Assembly: GCF_964194025.1 (NCBI RefSeq)
Contig: NC_134469.1
Location: 72,373,938 to 72,418,000, forward strand
Reading direction: 5' to 3'
Length of the DNA stretch: 44,063 nt
Source: Convolutriloba macropyga
Taxonomy: Eukaryota
A program made the position numbers and the translations under genes. The notes under the pieces are model-generated. The model ran no database searches, was not told the DNA's origin, and saw only the letters and a list, made by a program, of their open reading frames with translations. Below are positions 1 to 11,300 of this stretch, one piece after another (the stretch's first letter is position 1; every line of letters starts with the position of its first letter).

Positions 1-1564
1 AACAAAAGATATTTGGTGACCTCAAAGTTGAGCTCATTAACTGAAATCGTAGCTGTTCGGGTTATAGACAAATTTTTCTGACTGTTAGATGTTATTGAAA
101 CATATGTTTAAATTTGGACAAGCTTCTATACTTCTAAAACTCAAAATTTTTTGGTTGTTTCGGTGCGCTGACTTTTTTATTGGGATTTGTTATTATATTT
201 TCCTTATTTTGGTTACGCCTGAGCAAAAAGAGGATTAAAAAGCAGTTTTGTTTAGCAGCGAGATATGTTTTCACTTTAATTTTATATTAGAGCGGGAAAA
301 CGGTGTTTGAACTAAAATTCGCTTTCTTGCTAATGGTTTTTGTTCACATGCAGTAATTTGACTTCAAGTCTTAATTGTCTCACGGTCTTTTCATCGGATT
401 TTTTTCCTTAATGTTTTTTCCATTCCATTCGTAGTATATTATAGGTCTTGTCGTTTTTTAGTCAAAAACTTGTCAAGCTATGTTTTATTGGATCTTTCCC
501 GTTTGCGCTACCCAGTTTAGTGGATGCATATTATTTGCATCCCCAGACGCAAGCGCCATATTTTAACATAGTGGTTTAATATGTAATGACACGTGCTCAG
601 TAAAAAAGGGTGTGCAAAACGTACTGGGAGGCACAAACCGAAAAGATTAGTTTTTTTAAAATAAACCTCCTCTTGACTAAGGGATCTTGGATGCGGAATA
701 AAATAATTGTGTCTGGAGTAAAAATAATTGACTGCGAAAATAACTGATTGACTTATCATCTTTATAGGCCAGTTTGGGGCTAACTAAATCAGAATGAATT
801 GGGTCCAATTTTATTGATTTGTTAATATTTGTTGCAGTGATAGCTCTCCATCACTTGATTTAGATTTTACACATAATACACCTAAACCAATCTTTACTTT
901 CATTTTTCTGTTGAATAAATTCAGAAAATCAGTTGCCTTACGCTCTGTTTATTGATTCTGTTGGCGAGATAAACACTAAACCCTGGAACACTGATTGTGT
1001 TGTTTCTAAATTTCAAACTCACAGATAAAACTGGCAAGCTTCACTGTTCTATTTTAATTAAAACACATTTTGTTTAAATGAAGAATGTTTTGATATTATC
1101 AGATACGATGCTCATAATGCCACAGAAGAACAAAGACACAAGAAAATGCAAACTTTAACATTTTTTTTTTGCTCACAGTTGTCTTAATTCACTGTTAATT
1201 TTGCTCACATTTTTTTTTAATATTTATTTTTCCATTTGTTCAATTGACGCGTCAGCAATCATTTGGCGATACGATGAAAAGCAGCAAAATCGTTTTAGTT
1301 ACCAATTGTTGTGTTCTCCGGCAGTTCAACCTTGAGCGAGCTGTCGGTTTTTGCAGCATTTTGAACTTCTAAAGAAAATTTGCAAGTTCTGCTACAGTAC
1401 AAAAAATTTGTCTGAGTATTTTTTTTGCGCTGGAATCAAACGATTTGGCGAATACACCCTGCCAGATATTTACAAATGCGAGTTGAGCTCGATTAATGGG
1501 ACTCCAATAACCCTGATGATTGTTTAATATGGGAGGTAAAAAGTATCTTATCCTGGGGACAGTA

Positions 1565-4300
1565 TTTTTTTGTTCCGACCCTCTTGAGGGGGGAGGAACT
1601 ATATACTCAAATGGGTTTTTTTTTGTTCCGTGAATTTTCGCCGCTCGATATACTCATCGTACAGAGTTGAGACTGGTATCATTAGAAAGCTCGTCCAGCG
1701 TAGAATATGGAATTAAAAAGATTTTTTTAATTTTCGTTTTCTACAGGGAGTTATCGAGGTTTAAACTTCTGAGAAAAGAAGAGTGAATTCACGTTGTTTT
1801 CATTTACATTTTCCGGAATTTTTGCCTTAATTTTTGTCAATTTTGCCAAAATTTGTAAAAAAAAATTTAAGAATAGTGTCCTTGATTTTTTACAGACAAA
1901 CAATCACTGTTGGTTACTCAATTTTGCTAAAATTTGTTATAATTTTTGAGAATAGTGTCGTTGAATTTATTTTTGAAGACGAACAAGCATTGTTGATTGT
2001 TTTGATTTAATTTTTTTGGTCGAAAAATCTGGATAAACATTTCGAAATTTAGTCTTTTTCATCAAAAACAGCACGAAATAAGCTATTTTAGTCCACTTTG
2101 ATTAAATTTGCCGATAGTACACCCCCAAACAACACTCCTTCAATCTTTGTAGACTCAGAGGGGGGCCACTTATACTTCGGAGTCCGCTGAGAGTGCACTG
2201 TAGTTAAAACTTTGCCGTTTTTTGCTAACTTTACTAGTTGATTATCAAAAATGCAGAATTTATTTTGGGTTTTCAACTAACAAATTATCTATATCTACAA
2301 CATTCAAAAAATCAATTGTTCCTAACGGACAATAGCTATTAGCAGGGCTAGTTTTGGGCCATTCTTGGACTGTTACAATCCAAAAAAAATCGGGTTGTAA
2401 TCAGTCGGACTTTTTCTTTTAATAATAAAGAACAGAACATATCAAATCAAAGCTCAGAAGTGATAGGTCCAACCAATTCGCTTGCTAAGCAGCTTCAAGC
2501 TAATGCATTTAGTTTTTTAATTGAAACTTTATGGTCGTTTCTTTTTATAAAAATAATTGACTTTTCAATAAATAATGGCTTAATTAACTTTTCCTCTATC
2601 TTTTCCTTATTTGTTCAACTTCCATCTTACTGTCAGCAAAGAAAAACTGCTTCTTCTTTCTACTCATTTAACATTTATTCTCGGTTGCAGTTTTAAGCCT
2701 GAAGTTCTTGTTTTCTGGCTTTGATACTACAAGATTTCAGATTTTTGTTTGTTTTGATTTTTGCCAGTTTTTCACGTTATCTAATTTTGTCATATTATCA
2801 CATTATTGACAGTTCTCATGTCACCTTATTAGCATTCAAAATAACGCTCAATTGATTATATTAAAATCCTGAAAGATATACATCATCGTTTTAACGGCCT
2901 CGACGCCTCTTTCTTGAAGAAATCAATTGAATTTTTTAATTTTGTCTCTAACTGTCATTTATACTTTGTCGTTTTTGTCGTATGAAATTTCCTGTATAGT
3001 GATAGCTTTCATTGAATTTTCATGGAAGAATAGAAAAACCGATATTCTGATAGTAGTAGATAGCTGATGACTTTCATGACTTTGAAAACAATCGTTTTCC
3101 AAAATTAAAAAAAAAAAACTTTTAACTTCGCAATTTTGTGCTTTTTATGTTTCTTTTTGTTACCTAATCTCGTTAGTTAATTACAGTTCAAATATGACAT
3201 TATGGGTGTCAAGGGAATAAAAGGCATTGGTGTCCCAAAATCTTTTTTTTAAAGAATTTGTTATGACCTTACTGGCTTCGACACCGGTTTTTCACAAAAA
3301 AAAGTAAATTAATTTGATTTTTGTCAGATTTGACGTTCTTTTTGTAGATGCAAGAAATATTCTGGATAATTACAGTTCTCGAGGGCTTCCTTTTCATGAA
3401 TAAACGACCCTATTTAAATAGCTTTTTTTGTAATTAATGCCTTTCATGACATTGAATGTAATTTTGTTTCGAAAAAAAAAAAATAAAAGTATTACATACT
3501 TTAGCACTTCGCTTTTTTGTCTACTTGTTACCTAGTCTTACTAATGAATGGCCACGTACTACATTATAGCTGTTTGAAGAAGGCGCAATCAAATATAATT
3601 TGAGTGCCAAAATTTGGCTTAACGGTTTTGACAGCGTTTTCTGGCAAGTTTCAATTGAAATTTTGTTTGTTCTTTGTTGTTCTTTTTAGCCGCTTTAAAA
3701 AATGAATAAGGACAGGTCCTAATGCCCCTCTATAGAAGCAGTGGTAATCATAAATTTGTGGTAATATTAATTGATTCCGAATGGTATTTATTACTTTGAA
3801 ATTCATTGTTTCAAAAAAATAAGTTAATTTTTTTACGACACTGTTTTTGTTCTTTTTTGTATAATTGTTACCAAACCTTTTTATGGACTGGTCGCATATG
3901 TTTTCTGGTGATTTATAAGTTATTTTTGGGTTTAGTTTTAGGTTTATCTGACGGTATGTTGACTTTGTTATTAAATGTAGTTTTTAATTGTTTTGATGTA
4001 ATTAATGTTTGTTGTTGTTGTTGTTTGATTTTGCTGTTCGTCTTGACTCGCTTTCTTAATATTGACATATTACAGCAATCTAACGCATCAATTTTTACTC
4101 CACTGAGTTATTTGCTTTGGAGGCTACCTTATCGTTCATACAGACTTTTTTGAAAAAGACTTGGGCTTTTTTGGGATTCGCAAAAAATAATTTTTGGGTT
4201 TTTCTATCTGTTCCTCATTTGGTAGACAATTATGCCAAAATTGTGGATGGGCGGGGTCGGAACCTTATGTGCCATCGCACATTACCGAGCCGCCTCGTTT
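1565..4300 (+). mobile_element. Non-autonomous Helentron/DINE-1(HINE)-like element, copy 1 (~2.7 kb)
   Basis: 5' end is a T-run followed by GTTCCGACCCTCTTGAGGGGGGAGGAAC (subterminal repeat with nested hairpin and inverted GGAAC). 3' end has the inverted subterminal repeat GGGTCGGAAC (4254-4263), hairpin ATGTGC-CATC-GCACAT (4267-4282), then CTCGTTT. The same two ends recur inverted at 18073-20324. The architecture matches DINE-1/HINE elements; the class assignment is inference. Confidence 0.7.
1838..2000 (+). repeat. Degenerate tandem duplication, ~81 bp x2
   Basis: CAATTTTGCYAAAATTTGT...GAATAGTGTCSTTGA...AGACRAACAA starts at 1838 and again at 1919. Confidence 0.7.
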
Positions 4301-7300
4301 AATTTAAATACATCACAATTCGTTCTCTATAAGCCTAATTTTTCATCAATAAAAAGGGAGGAAACTTAGATGTTCTAAATGAGATTTAATTTTTTTGTGC
4401 CGCTAACCGAAGAAAGACGGTTCAACTGCTTTGTGTTTTTTACTGTCGGTGAAGCTGTTACAATTCAAAATGTCTGATGTTGAAAGACAAAATACGAGAA
4501 CAAGTCAACTTAAAATCGAGATCTAGTACAAACCATTCATGCATAATTTTTGAAAAAGACAACAAACTCAAATCGTCCCCAGGGTTGAATTGTTAATGAT
4601 TATCTAAGAATTGGAACAAGATTTCATGACAAAAACACAAAATTGCAAATCGGAAAGCGGAGGTTCCAAAAACATATGGTTTTGAAGCCGGGAGTCCAAA
4701 AACATATTTTTTGGGAATATTTAGAGAAATAAGTCGGGAATTTGGTACAAAGATGTCATTGGTACGTTGTATGAAAAAGTACACACCGTATACTTGGTAT
4801 TAAAAATCCCAAACCGTACTGACTCGTTGCTAGAAAACTAGTTTGAACTCAAAATGTTTTATGATGTTGTAGGCGCTTTTTTGAAAATCTTCAGTTGAAC
4901 GTTTTGGTATCATGGTGTAATTCCTAGGACTTAATTTTTCAATACAAAAGGTTTTATAAATCTGAGAAAGATATTAACAAATAAAAGAAATATATCAAAA
5001 AAATAGAGAGATTTTTAAGGATCTCATATGGTAATTTGAAACCGACATTTCTGCTCATGTTGCCTAATCTGCTCTAAAAATCCATCAAATGTGATGAAAT
5101 TGCCAGTATCACTGCTCATTTCAAAATAAGTGAACCAAAAATATCAATGGAAATGGCTCTTTCCAGCTAAAAGTAGTGTTGACCAATATTTTGAGAAAAT
5201 TAAGCTGAAAAAGAAAGCATATAAAGAAAACGCAAAAAAATCAAAACAAATTTTTATACGTACAAAAACCCATGAATACAAGATGAGTGGTTTGAATTCA
5301 ATGATTTGACTTTACAATAAAACAATTTTAGGTTAAATGAAAAGATAAAGGAAAAGCAACTTGTCTGTTTTGTGTCAATAAGTTATCTTAAAGATCTTAG
5401 TTTGCATGTCTCGTTTACATAGTTTTGGAAACCGCAAAATTTTTGCTAATTTCTAACTTTGTTTTACTGTTTAAAGCCTGACCTTCAAAGCTCAAGAGTT
5501 TTATTAACAGGTGTTGTCTCAAAAAAGTAAACAATTGCAGCAGTTGTCATCTGTATTAGTTTCCTTTTTCTTCAATTGCTTTGTTTGAACATAATATCGA
5601 GAACTAGATAAAGTCTTCCACGGAACAAACTTGTTACGTGAACAAAAAAATTGATAGCTGCAAAAATAGATACCAATCAAAATAAAAATAACGACTGTGT
5701 GCACAAATTTGGAAACGATCAAGTGTTGACACGAGTATCTCTCTAATTATTTTCTTTCAGTCGACGAATAACAAATTACAACACTTTCTTTGGCTGTGGT
5801 TTTCATTTTATGCAAAAAAATTTGAGTTATTTTAAGGTCCTTCTGTAAAAATAACAACTAAATGTTGCAAATTAAATGTTACCAAAGTTTAATAGCATTA
5901 ATAAATTGAAAACCAGCGCTAGAATTTCTTATTTAAAAACGACTTATTACAAAAAAATTATTCAAGTTTTTTGTGGATTTTTACTATTACCGTACTTAAT
6001 GTAAATTCCAGTCTGAGTTTTATTAGATTGAGCTTCTAGGCCGTATTCTTCCAAAAAACGCAACAAGTGTCAATTGGCTATTTAAAAAATGAAAAAAATT
6101 TTAAAAAACATCTCAATTGGCTGCAATTATGCCATTTTTCAAGAACTACTATTGCGTATGCTTCCCTTTAACGTTAAATTTTTTTCGCAAATTTTCTTTC
6201 GCTTGTTTTTAGCATCTAAATTTTCGGTGCGTAAACACAATTAAGATTTTTTGTGAAATCATTTGTGTTCCCATACGGTTTATGTTAAAAAATGATCAAT
6301 GTGTGCAAGTTTCTTGTTTCATTTATTGCCTCAGATGGCGCAATTTTCTGGTTTGAGGCAAAAATTGTCTTCAAAAAATGTCCGGCAACGGTTTTATTGC
6401 AACGATTTTGCAACATTGATACAGAGTTTTGCTCCAACAAAAGAAAACAAACATTGCGTTTTATATTAGATTAATTTAATATTAAAGCGGTTTCCTAGCC
6501 AAACTTTGAATTAATTAACAATTAATTGATATACAAGTTTACTTTAAGAAAAAAAAACAATCACTAAACATCGAGCTAATAACACTTAACTACTGGCGAT
6601 TGGTTAGTTTCGTTAGTAGCTCTCTGCGGCTTATGGAAGTTTGCTTAAGCTTAATTGAGGCAAGATGCGCGTGGTTGAGTTGCAGGGGGACAAGTGTGCG
6701 AAATCACTGGTGGAATCAGATGGTGGGGAGGGTTGACGAGGAAGGAGTAAAGGGGTGGCCATTAACCGCATGAACTGATGTCTCCCTATCCATTTTTAGA
6801 CCTCAATTTTGCTGATAGAGAAAATCAACATTAAAGTTAGACTCGATCACTAATTTTGAAAGTTGATCAAGCATGAAGTCATTATTTCATACTTTTTCAA
6901 GCGTCCCACTTTTTTTCAAGATTTCACGTTTCATATCACACTAGAATTTGAATTTAATCATTTTTCTCTCACTTCTCACACCTGTCTCGACGATTTCAAC
7001 CTTCCAAAATGGTATAAAATGAGCAATCAACTGAGCAAACCTCTCGGGAAAATTTCTTGGAAAAATTCTTGAAAAATTCTTGGAAGCCATGATTCCTGGA
7101 AAATTATATTGGAAGCCTACTTTTTTTCTCATGAGACAAAGCATACACTTTCAAAGATAATTAAAAAGGAATAATTGAAAACAGGAAACAGTCACAAAAT
7201 ATAACAACTTCGGCAAAAAAGACTTTTTTTAGGGTCTATAATTGAGTCAACATAAAGAAATTTTATTAAAAATTGCTCATTTTTCAAACAAAAACATAAC

Positions 7301-7507
7301 GAGAGACAATGAGAGTGACACAACAGCCGTCTGACGACCTCTGCGATTCATTTGCTCCTACAATAATATCAAGGAATTTAGAAAAAAATTATTTGGCTGA
7401 ACGATTATTCAATTGTTGGATTGATTCGCTGCACGAGAATTGCAATGTTACTATAAATTTTACTTTAGTTCTCTTTTTGAGTTTTGAACAGCAAAATTGG
7501 GGTCTAA

Positions 7508-7624
7508 ATAAGTTAGCGCATAGTTCTGTAAAACCTTCGGCACTTCAAGCTCAGCCTCGGCGCAAGCGCCCTCAGCTTTGAGCTCTAATTGCCTTAGGCT
7601 TCCCAGAACTATACTCTAACATAT
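7508..7624. repeat. Imperfect ~115-bp palindrome (hairpin MITE-like)
   Basis: Left arm GTTAGCGCATAGTTCTGTAAAACCTTCGGCACTTCAAGCTCA aligns with the reverse complement of the right arm GTTAGAGTATAGTTCTGGGAAGCCTAAGGCAATTAGAGCTCA; centre is GGCGC-AA-GCGCC. Confidence 0.75.
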
Positions 7625-8078
7625 GGTTTTTGCTTACTGTGAGTTATATGCAAAACATAAAGACTATTATGTCGTAAGTCTCTAAGACAACTTCACAGCT
7701 ATTTATTGCCCTCTGCGTTCAATATACTTATCCCATATTTGAAGACAAAAAGCAAAATGGTCTGTTGAAAAAAGCTACCAGAGAAAATGTCGGTAGTTCA
7801 AAAAGTGCATATAAAAGGCCAGCAGTACTATTACAATTGCTACAAACTGCGTTTGAGAGTAATTAATAAACTTCTGGGGATAGAAATAAAATAAACTGTT
7901 TTTGTAGCAATGGCGCTCTCACTCCGTTCGCGTTCAATCAATACTAAAGTATTTATTATAGCGCCTGCGTAATTACAGAAAAGATACTCATTGTAACAGC
8001 AGAAATTCATAAAACGCAGATATTTTTCTTAGCTGCTTTTCATTGAAGTTATTTTTTCACAGTCAATATTATATTAAT

Positions 8079-8084
8079 TTTATT
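8079..8084 (-). promoter_or_regulatory. Candidate polyadenylation signal of the NHL gene
   Basis: AATAAA on the minus strand ~120 nt after the stop codon; the hexamer is common in AT-rich DNA. Confidence 0.35.
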
Positions 8085-8205
8085 GAAACAAAAATATTTC
8101 TTTTTTATGCGTAACAAGCGTGCAATGTGGAAATGTTCATATGTTTGCCAATTTTTGTGCAACAATATTAAGAATAGGGCTGATATGAGAATTGGAGTTT
8201 TTTGC

Positions 8206-8361
8206 CTAAAATATTAGGCACTGATTGCTGAGGTGGTCAATCACGGTTAGCATTCCGTCCGCTGTCAATGCAATGGCTGTCACTTCGTCTCCCTCCTCCC
8301 CCATGGGGTGAACAGAAGTGATCAACATCATGTCCCGCGTGAACAACTGCACGCGGCCGTT
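8206..8361 (-). CDS. NHL gene exon 7 (last): NGRVQLFT...TAIALTADGMLTVIDHLSNQCLIF*
   Basis: Acceptor tttcattacag|AAC, phase 0; NHL-like blade; stop TAG. Confidence 0.9.
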   Translation of the reverse strand, partial: NGRVQLFTRDMMLITSVHPMGEEGDEVTAIALTADGMLTVIDHLSNQCLIF

Positions 8362-11300
8362 CTGTAATGAAACTATTCGATGGCAAAAATGACAATAGAT
8401 TTGTAGGCGTAATTTTTTCAAAATAAAAGCAATAAACTAAATTGATTTTTTTTCTATTTATTTCAACCGATCCGTGCACTTGAGCCTATTTTTGCGTTCA
8501 ATTTCTGCCACGGACAGGATGCCTTTAACTTCCGCTACAAAAGCCAGAATATTCAGAAAAATAGTTGGTTAGACGGACTCTGGTTTAAAATTTTTCTAAA
8601 TGAAATATTTATCGAGAAAATAACGAAAATGGTCGCGATTATGAATAATATGTATTAATTGATTCTAAATATTTCATATTACAATTCGCACTAATTTCGA
8701 AAAATAAAAATGTTGCCTTGCTCCAAAAACTTTTCCTTTTAATTCAAAGAAGTTGCGGGGTTGCGTGAACGAGGTTGCCTGATTTCCACACACAAATTAC
8801 ATAGCATCGTCAGTCGTTTTCGAAAGAAGCGGATAAAGGGATCTCAAGTTAAAAATCGAAACTATTAAAACAGAAGAAATTCTTGAAGGCCGCCATGTCA
8901 GACAGTGACCAGTTGATCGGAAACTCACGAGAGGGCATACTTCTATTATAATTTTTAATTTTAATTAAAATTATATCGAAAACGATGGTGGAATAAAGAT
9001 GTGGGGATCTAGGGTTCAGATGAACTAACACATGCCGACCATTGAGAAGAACCACAGTCGTATCAATCCATGTTGGTTATTATCGTGAAACCTGGGCTAA
9101 TAAGCCTACTCTTGAAAACTATTCATCTTAAAGTTAGATTGTTAAAGTTAGATTGTACGTACTTCAAAACTGATCTATTTCATTAGCCGCAAATTTCAGT
9201 CTTTAAAATTGTGCCTATCCTTTTTGTCTTACTTTGGCGTCGGCTATTGCAATGTTTCCGTCTCCGTCAGAACATATTGCTACAGGTCCGTTGAATTTGT
9301 TCAACCCCCTTCCACTGCCCCCAAATCTGCCCAGTCTCTTGCCTCTCTTGTCCACGATGTAGACAAAGTCATACCTAATATCCCCTATTAGCAATGTCTC
9401 ATCCATAGTCCAGTGTATGGCCCAGGGACAGCCGTTATCTTCGGAATCGAGGGTAGTTGATGACGATGTGGCTGTCAGTGCAACTGATGTCTGAGAACTG
9501 CCCAAGTTGGTGGAGTTTTGTCTATCTGAGTAATTGGGACCCACTTTGAATTTGAAGAGGAAGTCTCCGTTTGACCGATCAAATGCTTTCACTGTTTCGT
9601 CTCCTGAAAATGAAAACCAATTCATAGGGCCGAAAAAAATTGATGAAAAAATTGAGAACAACTGCAAAATTTTAACTTTGTTATTCTTAAATCAATTCTT
9701 AAAAACCGAAGAAAAAGCTGGAGTTTACTGAATTATACTCTTCAATTAGCCGATTACAGTTCCCTGCTGATCTCTAAACTGTTTTGCAAAAATTGCTAAA
9801 CATCACCTGAGAGATCATTGAAAAAGATTTTAAGATTTTAAGCGCCGTTTCGATGGGTCGTTCCTAGAATAGTAGCATGACGCTAATATTTTTTCCACGA
9901 GCTTTCGTTATAGCACTTTAAGCTAATCCGGATCTCTCGTGTCGTTGCCTCCAGTATGTTATGCACTGCAGATACTAAATACACGGCATTCATAATAAAA
10001 ATTATGTTAAACGTCAGCACGCGTGCTTCAGGATAGCAAATAATGATATGCACCTAATGAGCTGCAAGGTGGGAAACTGAAATGATTACAAGATATCATC
10101 AGTTGGATGTTTTGAGAAATACTATTTCTCAGTTTTCAAATCCCCAAACAATTGTGAAAAACAGTTATTTTGTGAATAGAAAGCAAAAGTTTTGTTTTGA
10201 AAAACATGGGATTTTTTTTGTTGTAGCCCCACTCTTTTGAATTATGGAAAAGGTGCCGTGGAAGCATCATGGAACACGCGGAACACATCAATCATGGAAC
10301 TGTTGTCATTACATAGTAAATCATTTTGATATACTGCAACAAGCTCGCTGGGCGGCGGAAAAAATATGCACCCACTAAGCTGGCGGCTCAAAATTATTTC
10401 AATAAATGATTCGCATTCGGAAGGTTTTAGGCTTACCAGGCCTTTGTAAATCATTTTGATATACTGCAACAAGCTCGCTGGGCGGCGGAAAAAATATGCA
10501 CCCACTAAGCTGGCGGCTCAAAATTATTTCAATAAATGATTCGCATTCGGAAGGTTTTAGGCTTACCAGGCCTTTGTAAATCATTTTGATATACTGCAAC
10601 AAGCTCGCTGGGCGGCGGAAAAAATATGCACCCACTAAGCTGGCGGCTCAAAATTATTTCAATAAATGATTCGCATTCGGAAGGTTTTAGGCTTACCAGG
10701 CCTTTGTCACATCGATTTGCGTTTGGTACATCGATTTAGAATTGCTAAATCTTGCCCAAGACCTGAACAAGACTGACAGGTTAAAGCGTGACACGATCAT
10801 AGGTCGGAAACAGAGCTGATATTCAGACTTGCGATAATATTGCCTTGGCATTATATCAGCGATTACTTCACCTGCATCTGAGACATACACCCTATCTGGG
10901 CTGATGGCAACTTTGCCCGGCCGCATCAGTTTATGTCCCCTTTCTAAAGTGTGGTTGGTCCAGAGCTGTAGAGTCTGACCAGAGAGGAGGTCAACTTCCC
11001 TCACAGTCTGGTTGAAACTGTCCACTATCCACAGATGGGAGTCCCCATTGGATAATTGGATATCTGTGACGTAAGGAGCACATCTGTGTTAACACAAAAC
11101 ATCTTTCGGTACAAATTAAGGAACTGAAATTAGAGAGCAAGGTGTTGTTGCACAGCTAATAGCTCACAAAGTGGGCCGGTTGCGGAAAAAAACCCACGGA
11201 AAAAACCCACTTCATTTTATACAGGAAATAAACCCCCAGGGAAATAAACTCCCACATAAATAAAACGCCACGGAAATAAATCCCCACTTTACTATTAAAC

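Noticed and set aside
2118-2202. Tc1/mariner-like terminus (TA-CAGTGCACTCTCAGCGG on the minus strand)
   Set aside because: Only one end is visible; no matching TIR found.
1-7500. Short 60-115 aa ORFs in the first 7.5 kb and similar ORFs elsewhere
   Set aside because: F/L/K/I-rich translations of AT-rich repeat DNA with no domain motifs or consistent splice phases.
10316-10707. CRISPR-like array, or coding ORFs 10242-10505 and 10399-10635
   Set aside because: Units are contiguous and identical with no unique spacers and no cas genes; the context is a eukaryotic intron; the ORFs are by-products of the repeat.
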